Positions 7,581-12,904 of a stretch of DNA of 12,904 bases are shown piece by piece; the first letter of the stretch is position 1, and each line of letters starts with the position of its first letter. The notes beneath the pieces were generated by a model. That model did no database searches and was not told where the DNA came from. It saw only the letters and a program-made list of their open reading frames with translations. The DNA comes from Promethearchaeota archaeon. GTDB lineage: Archaea > Asgardarchaeota > Thorarchaeia > Thorarchaeales > Thorarchaeaceae. The position numbers and the translations under genes were made by a program. The stretch covers positions 1 to 12,904 of the forward strand of contig WJMJ01000086.1 in the NCBI GenBank assembly GCA_014728035.1. The letters run 5' to 3'.

Positions 7581-8593
7581 TGGGTAGACGGAGAGGAAAC
7601 CAACAACTAGTTGTCGCAATACTGGTCATAGCACTTGTTGCCTCAGTAGGGGTCATAGCAATAGTGGGGATCAACTCGTTACAGGAGGGAAACATCCTTG
7701 TAACTGGATATGACGGTATCATTGGAGAGATCACCCATATAGACAGAAACGACTATAACGCAGAGTTCTCTACAAACGGACAGAACGCCCAGATAGACCC
7801 CATCTATGAGGGCGGACTTTCTAAAGACCCCACAGGTCTCAAGATCGAAGTTGACAGCGCAATAGATGTTGTAGAGGTTCTAAAGACCTACGAACCGATC
7901 TATGACGAGTCTAACAATCCAGATGGTGTTACCAAGGACATAAAGGAGTGGCAGTTCAAAAAATACTACTGTGAGATGGGCGTGACCATTGAGACCTTTG
8001 GTACTGGTATTGACCCAATAAAGAATATCGTGTTCACAGTCCAGATCTACGAGAACGATTTTTCATTGTTCACTGATGCAGATGATAACTATGTATCCCT
8101 CATAGAGGTCTACAATGCAGAGGCAGTACCGACCCCTGAAGCTGGTTCTCTTGAAGTGTTGCCTGCCTCTCAGAGCGCACCATATGTATTAGACCCAATA
8201 GATACAGATCCCGTTCCAGCATGGTTAGAAGATAGTGGGTTCAATGAGGCCACCTTTTCACAGAACCAGGCGGTAGAGATCGAGATAAAGGTAGTAGAGG
8301 CATATCCTGATGTGGTACCTGTTTTTGGTTGGAGAACCGACCCACAGGTAAGTTATGATATCGGGTTAGATGTTCTTGTTGCCGGATACTGGGTTGAGAC
8401 CGTGGACAGAGACTATACTCCTCCCGAACCTGACAAACCGCGGGACCCATTTGGTGATCTGTTGGGCGGTATCTCTGACTTTCTCAACGATATCAGCGCA
8501 GGCGTGATAATTCCTGTGGTCATAGCTATCGTAGTGGTTGTTCTTGTTGTCTTTATCATCTACATCGGTATCATGGGAAGGCGTAAGCGATGA
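7580..8593 (+). CDS. double-anchored acidic membrane protein (N-terminal signal/TM, C-terminal TM + GRRKR tail)
   Basis: Start at ATG 7580 (TGATG overlap, GGAGG SD). MGRRRG + hydrophobic helix, beta-rich ectodomain, Pro-rich linker, amphipathic PFGDLLGGISDFLNDI, then TM and MGRRKR. Confidence 0.85.
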   Translation: MGRRRGNQQLVVAILVIALVASVGVIAIVGINSLQEGNILVTGYDGIIGEITHIDRNDYNAEFSTNGQNAQIDPIYEGGLSKDPTGLKIEVDSAIDVVEVLKTYEPIYDESNNPDGVTKDIKEWQFKKYYCEMGVTIETFGTGIDPIKNIVFTVQIYENDFSLFTDADDNYVSLIEVYNAEAVPTPEAGSLEVLPASQSAPYVLDPIDTDPVPAWLEDSGFNEATFSQNQAVEIEIKVVEAYPDVVPVFGWRTDPQVSYDIGLDVLVAGYWVETVDRDYTPPEPDKPRDPFGDLLGGISDFLNDISAGVIIPVVIAIVVVVLVVFIIYIGIMGRRKR

Positions 8594-8596
8594 ACA

Positions 8597-8620
8597 CCGA
8601 TATACTATTACGTGTATCGG
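8597..8620 (+). repeat. intergenic hairpin containing TACTATTAC
   Basis: CCGATA-TACTATTACGTG-TATCGG; the stem can extend to 9 pairs with one G-T. Confidence 0.6.
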
Positions 8621-8773
8621 GTAACACTAGTACAATAGAAGTGATCATATGAGATATGAATACGCGATTTTCGATATGGTTGAGGTGATATGGTGCGACT
8701 CTTGAAGATGATATTATCCTTCCTTGTTTCTACTCTTTGCATTGCTGGTTCTTCTACTGTACGGGGTGAGGCT

Positions 8774-11700
8774 GTGAAGCGAATCATTCCTATCCTTCTG
8801 CTTGTGTTGATACTGTGTTCTCCGATGCCTTCACAAAATACTCTTGATTCAGTACTCCAACCTGATGTGAAGTTCTCAACGAGTGCGGATGGCGATACGA
8901 GTCCCGATTCGTTGTCAATATTTTCTGAAACTAGCGATGATGATACTATGACGGTTATTGATTCGTTTCACAACACAACTATAGATTTCGCTGATGCTGA
9001 TGATATTGTGGCTGGCAGTGCTGTGGCTGATTATGAAGAAACGTTTGTGGTAGATGGTGTTGGTGGTGGTGTTGATGATACCTCTGGCGGACCTGTCAAT
9101 TATTCGCTCATCTGGAATACTCCAAGTGGAATGAATCTTGATGGATTCACGATTGCATTGTACATCAAGAGTTATGGTTCTGAAACTTTCGATGTTGCAA
9201 GCGATACTACACTATGGAATAGTGATACTGGCGTGTTCGATGACTATGGGAATATTCCTGAAAACTCGTACGATTGGGTCAATTATACCACCTATGATTC
9301 ATCGCATTGGAATTCGTCATATGTGACCATGCAACTCTATGCAGAAGATGCAGATAACATTCTTGTTTCACTGCTGGTTGATTATGCAGAGATTACGTGG
9401 TACTACACCACAGCGCATATATCAGAGCCATTTTCAGATGTATCAGATTGGAACATTGAACCCTATTTCGGCGGATTAACGATAACCACCGACGGTGATG
9501 TAGCGACATTTGTTTCAGAGGGTGATGGAAATTGGAATGCATACGCATGGAACACTACCGGAGAATCGCTTGAAGGTAAATATATTGAATTTCGTGCGCG
9601 TTGCAATGACTCTAGCAACGATAATTGGGGCGTGGTGTTGAAGGACGCTGATGGGTATCAGGGTACAACCATTGATGCTGAGTACTACTATTTTTCTGAC
9701 ACGGACTGGCACACACACAAGTACTACATCGAACACGATGAAGTAGTAGAATCGATAGGTTTCATCCTACGTGGCACACCAAATCCGTTCCAGATCGAGA
9801 TTGACTACTTGAACATTCTAGATCCCGATGAAGCTGGATTTCAACACGACGGGAGCACAACGGGAGGAGTTTCTGAATGGCACGGAGAAGATTGGAGTGT
9901 GTATTATCCACTAGATGAAAATACTGGAACTAGGGCGTATGATAGCTCAGATAATAGTAATGATGCGGATTTAACAGGTTCTTCAACATGGGTTTCTGGT
10001 AAAATTGGAACGTCTGCGGTGCGGTTATACGCTGGTGGAGATGAGATAAGATTTGATAATGATGTAGCATTTACAGATAATCAAGCACATACAGTTTCAT
10101 GTTGGATGAAATGGGATGTGGCATCACCTTCATCTTTTGTGATTCCGATGGGGACTGGTTCAACAACAGGAAATTGGTATTTCCGACAAGGTGGGGATTG
10201 GCGCGTTGCGTTTAGACCGCAAGGGGAGAGCAGTACCATTCTTTCTGATGTTACTTCTGAAGATTGGTTTGATGGTAACTGGTTCCATTTTTCAGCTACG
10301 GTAACAACAGATCATTATGTGACTGTATATATTGACGGGGCTCAAGTTGGCTCGACTACTGAAGTAACAAATTCTCATATTGTATATTCAAACTTTGGGC
10401 AGGGATATTCAGGTACAAATTACGGCTGGAATGGCACAATAGATGAGCCTATGCTTTTTTCCCGTGTACTTGATGCTGACGAGATTCAAGCACTATATAA
10501 TTACGGTTCTGGTTCGGTTTCAAGCGATGGTGATGAACTTTCGTTAGCTGCTGGTTCAGGCGGTTCTACGTTCAGTATCGCAACAGATACAACCGCAACG
10601 CATGCCTCTTTAGACACTTCTTATTATCCGTTTCTCTCAGTAGATTTCAATGACGGAGATAGTTCTGATTATGTCATGTTGGAGGGATACAACGGCGCTG
10701 GTGGCGTTTCAACGATTCTCTCGAATCAGACAGTAGGAACAAGTGAATTGTATTGTGCCCCCGCAGCTGTGCTTGACGAATATGAAAGTATCAGGATATA
10801 CGTTAACCCCTCAGCTACGGTTAGAATGAGATGGGTAAAGGCCTTCTCCATCGCGAACTTCACTCTATCTCAAGGGAATTGTGAAAGCACCGACTACCTA
10901 TATGTGCAAAACTCCGTATTGTATTGTTCGGGACTACAAAACACGAATGAATACATTCGACTAGACCATGACCCATCTGTTTCTGTATCAGACACCTACA
11001 GTGTCTACAACATCACTACTGATGCGACTGACGATTCTGCTGAGTTTTATTTCACTATGTACGCAGGTTCATGGGGTACAGCATCAGACAATTATAGAGG
11101 CCCTACTGATTCTGGAAATATCACAGATTTCCGACTTCAGTTTCAAGGGAATCCTTCAGCTGCTTCTACTAGGTACATTTCGGTTGTTAGTTTCATAGAG
11201 GACAGCACCGCGCCTTCGGTTGTTAGATCCTTTGCCAATCCCCCAGAACCAGAAGATGATGAGACCGTTACGTTAAGTGCAGTGATCACGGACACCCTAG
11301 AGGTCTACAAGGTCTACTTTGATGCCATAGTCTCACCTAGCGGATTCTCTGACACTGCGTACTACGCAACCGAACAGTCAGACAATCTCTGGACCTATTC
11401 GTTCTCAGAAATGACGAATGGATATTATTGTTTCAAAATAGTTGCCAGTGACGGTGCGAACGAGAACAGTCTCACAGAATATGCCTATGTGTCCATGACA
11501 GTCAGAGAGAGTTCAATCACGATCCAAGATATTTCCTTCTTCGGTGTCGGTGAAGACTTCACCATGATGACCTATTCCTTCAGTATCAACAAGGACTGTA
11601 CCTATGTTATCAATGAGGCGTCAGACAACAACCCCGCCTCTGATACCCATAGTGGTTCTGTGAGCGCAGGAAGGGTCAATCTCGCATGGGATAAACTCAC

Positions 11701-12904
11701 CACAACAGATTCCCTAGTCAATTTCACAGTCACATTCACGAACGGAACCCTCACGGAGACCGTAGATGGGCAGTATCAAGTCGCACAGACAACTTTGTCC
11801 ATATCAGAGAGGATGTTGCAACTATCAGAGGACTATGTTACCCTATCCGGTCAATGCAACAAGGATAGTGTGTCGTGGACACTGTACCTAGATGGAAGTT
11901 CTACGGACTCAGGAACCGTTAATACTGGATCGTTCCTCATAGACTGGACTAGAACCAGTTCTACCAGTCCGTCACAGGTGAATTATTCGGTTAAATTCAC
12001 CGACTCGATAACTACAGTCTGGATCAATAATACCTATGATGAGTACAACGCTGAGAGTTTTGATATTATTGCGTTCCACACAGACACAGCCGGACAGTAT
12101 GTATCTGTATATGTTGATACTACATGGGAAAACGCAACGGTGTATCTGTATCAAGATGATGATCTTAAGACAAGTGGTGCAGAAGGAACTACACTGATAT
12201 ATGCAAAGTCAACAAGCGCAGGATATTACAATGTCAGTGTCCTTGTTGATGGTGGCGACTCTGATAAATGGATAAACATCAGTTACCAAGTAGCTGCGGA
12301 AGATTCCCTTATCATCGAGTCTATAGAGTTTGACGCAACAGGAGATTTCGTAAGTGCGTTCTGTCATACCAACTGGGGCAACACCACACAGACTCTATAC
12401 GAGAGTACTACAGGCACTCCACCGCCAAATAGTTGGACTGAGAAATCAAGTGAGTCTGAGGGAGAGGCGGTTAGATACGCAAAGAGTACCGCTGTAGGAT
12501 ATTATTATGTGGCTCTAAGAGTGAATGGTGGTGCAGAAGAGGTCTATCTATGGTTCTCCTATACGATTGAGGCAACTACTTTCTCTATCAATTCTCTGTA
12601 TTTCAGAATTGGCAATACGGTGGTATCAGCAGACGTACATACGACTTGGGAAAATGCAACGATATCCCTCTATGAAAATGATGTAGTACAAGACTCAGAG
12701 AATGAGAATACAACCATATCATATACAAAGTCAACAGGTGCTGGAACGTATAACGTTGCCCTTCTTATTGATGCGGGTTCAGAGATTCATTGGATCAATG
12801 ACTCATATACAGTCTCAGTTACGGAGATCACTGTAGAGACTGTGACCCTTTTCGGAGCCTCTGATGATTTTGACTATATGCAGTGGTCCTTTGAACTGAA
12901 CCTA
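8774..12904 (+). CDS. large secreted adhesin-like glycoprotein with LamG domain and tandem Ig-like repeats (3' truncated by window)
   Basis: Manually translated and open for 1377 codons from GTG 8774 (GGGGTGAGG SD) to the window end. Signal peptide MKRIIPILLLVLILCSPMPS. LamG/ConA-like domain at ~9890-10504 (YYPLDENTGTRAYDSS...TVSCW...WFHFSAT...VYIDG...GTIDE...LDADEIQALYN). DSTAP-initiated Ig-like domain from ~11201. Many sequons. Confidence 0.9.
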   Translation, partial: MKRIIPILLLVLILCSPMPSQNTLDSVLQPDVKFSTSADGDTSPDSLSIFSETSDDDTMTVIDSFHNTTIDFADADDIVAGSAVADYEETFVVDGVGGGVDDTSGGPVNYSLIWNTPSGMNLDGFTIALYIKSYGSETFDVASDTTLWNSDTGVFDDYGNIPENSYDWVNYTTYDSSHWNSSYVTMQLYAEDADNILVSLLVDYAEITWYYTTAHISEPFSDVSDWNIEPYFGGLTITTDGDVATFVSEGDGNWNAYAWNTTGESLEGKYIEFRARCNDSSNDNWGVVLKDADGYQGTTIDAEYYYFSDTDWHTHKYYIEHDEVVESIGFILRGTPNPFQIEIDYLNILDPDEAGFQHDGSTTGGVSEWHGEDWSVYYPLDENTGTRAYDSSDNSNDADLTGSSTWVSGKIGTSAVRLYAGGDEIRFDNDVAFTDNQAHTVSCWMKWDVASPSSFVIPMGTGSTTGNWYFRQGGDWRVAFRPQGESSTILSDVTSEDWFDGNWFHFSATVTTDHYVTVYIDGAQVGSTTEVTNSHIVYSNFGQGYSGTNYGWNGTIDEPMLFSRVLDADEIQALYNYGSGSVSSDGDELSLAAGSGGSTFSIATDTTATHASLDTSYYPFLSVDFNDGDSSDYVMLEGYNGAGGVSTILSNQTVGTSELYCAPAAVLDEYESIRIYVNPSATVRMRWVKAFSIANFTLSQGNCESTDYLYVQNSVLYCSGLQNTNEYIRLDHDPSVSVSDTYSVYNITTDATDDSAEFYFTMYAGSWGTASDNYRGPTDSGNITDFRLQFQGNPSAASTRYISVVSFIEDSTAPSVVRSFANPPEPEDDETVTLSAVITDTLEVYKVYFDAIVSPSGFSDTAYYATEQSDNLWTYSFSEMTNGYYCFKIVASDGANENSLTEYAYVSMTVRESSITIQDISFFGVGEDFTMMTYSFSINKDCTYVINEASDNNPASDTHSGSVSAGRVNLAWDKLTTTDSLVNFTVTFTNGTLTETVDGQYQVAQTTLSISERMLQLSEDYVTLSGQCNKDSVSWTLYLDGSSTDSGTVNTGSFLIDWTRTSSTSPSQVNYSVKFTDSITTVWINNTYDEYNAESFDIIAFHTDTAGQYVSVYVDTTWENATVYLYQDDDLKTSGAEGTTLIYAKSTSAGYYNVSVLVDGGDSDKWINISYQVAAEDSLIIESIEFDATGDFVSAFCHTNWGNTTQTLYESTTGTPPPNSWTEKSSESEGEAVRYAKSTAVGYYYVALRVNGGAEEVYLWFSYTIEATTFSINSLYFRIGNTVVSADVHTTWENATISLYENDVVQDSENENTTISYTKSTGAGTYNVALLIDAGSEIHWINDSYTVSVTEITVETVTLFGASDDFDYMQWSFELNL
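11516..12904 (+). repeat. tandem ~80-95-aa Ig-like protein repeats of two types (A-A'-B-B-B-A)
   Basis: B units share T(T/N)W(E/G)N(A/T)T..LY..E(G/N)..Y(A/T)KST..G.Y.V (TW/NW motif at 12122, 12371, 12644). A units: ITIQDISFFGVGEDF..YSFSIN (11516) vs ITVETVTLFGASDDF..WSFELN (12827). Confidence 0.8.

Larger units (their letters stand above)
1..12904 (+). mobile_element. probable archaeal enveloped virus, provirus or virus-like element (partial)
   Basis: Unidirectional, tightly coupled unfamiliar ORFs. Small Zn-finger/HTH-like genes are followed by a membrane-protein module and a LamG adhesin, with no housekeeping genes. No hallmark viral gene identified. Confidence 0.6.

Noticed and set aside
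4050-8593. Canonical CAAX prenylation substrates for the protease
   Set aside because: None of the neighbouring proteins ends in C-a-a-X.
1859-12154. Minus-strand and alternate-frame short ORFs in the track (e.g. 3241-3669, 6451-6834, 7319-7606, 4741-4929, 9138-9326, 10968-11198)
   Set aside because: They are shadows of longer plus-strand genes that have coherent motifs and SD sites.
11516-12904. Diversity-generating retroelement TR/VR pair
   Set aside because: The repeats are diverged at protein level without adenine-specific differences, and there is no reverse transcriptase in the window.
1-12904. Assignment to a named virus family or host lineage (e.g. Asgard archaea, pleolipovirus, spindle-shaped virus)
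   Set aside because: No hallmark gene can be identified from sequence alone. Only the archaeal affinity is supported.

Overview
This is an all-plus-strand, gene-dense segment that looks archaeal: GGTGA/GGAGG ribosome-binding sites, ORB boxes, and acidic, sequon-rich secreted proteins. It is most plausibly part of an enveloped virus, provirus or virus-like mobile element. The window opens with a pair of inverted ORB (Orc1/Cdc6-binding) boxes with G-strings around an AT-rich spacer (4-233). A first block of small or membrane hypothetical genes follows (287-3883). Next is a putative envelope/structural operon (4050-8593), in which a CPBP/Rce1-family intramembrane glutamic protease sits among membrane proteins ending in TM helix + Arg-rich tails, suggesting an element-encoded sorting/maturation system. 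The window ends in a >1370-aa secreted adhesin-like protein with a LamG domain and tandem Ig-like repeats (8774 to window end; absent from the supplied ORF track, presumably because it has no stop in the window). Each of the four sizeable intergenic gaps carries an inverted repeat, and one presents TACTATTAC, a match to the rolling-circle nick-site consensus NANTATTAC. I recognise no integrase, Rep, polymerase, terminase, portal, packaging ATPase or HK97/jelly-roll capsid gene, so the viral call is an inference.
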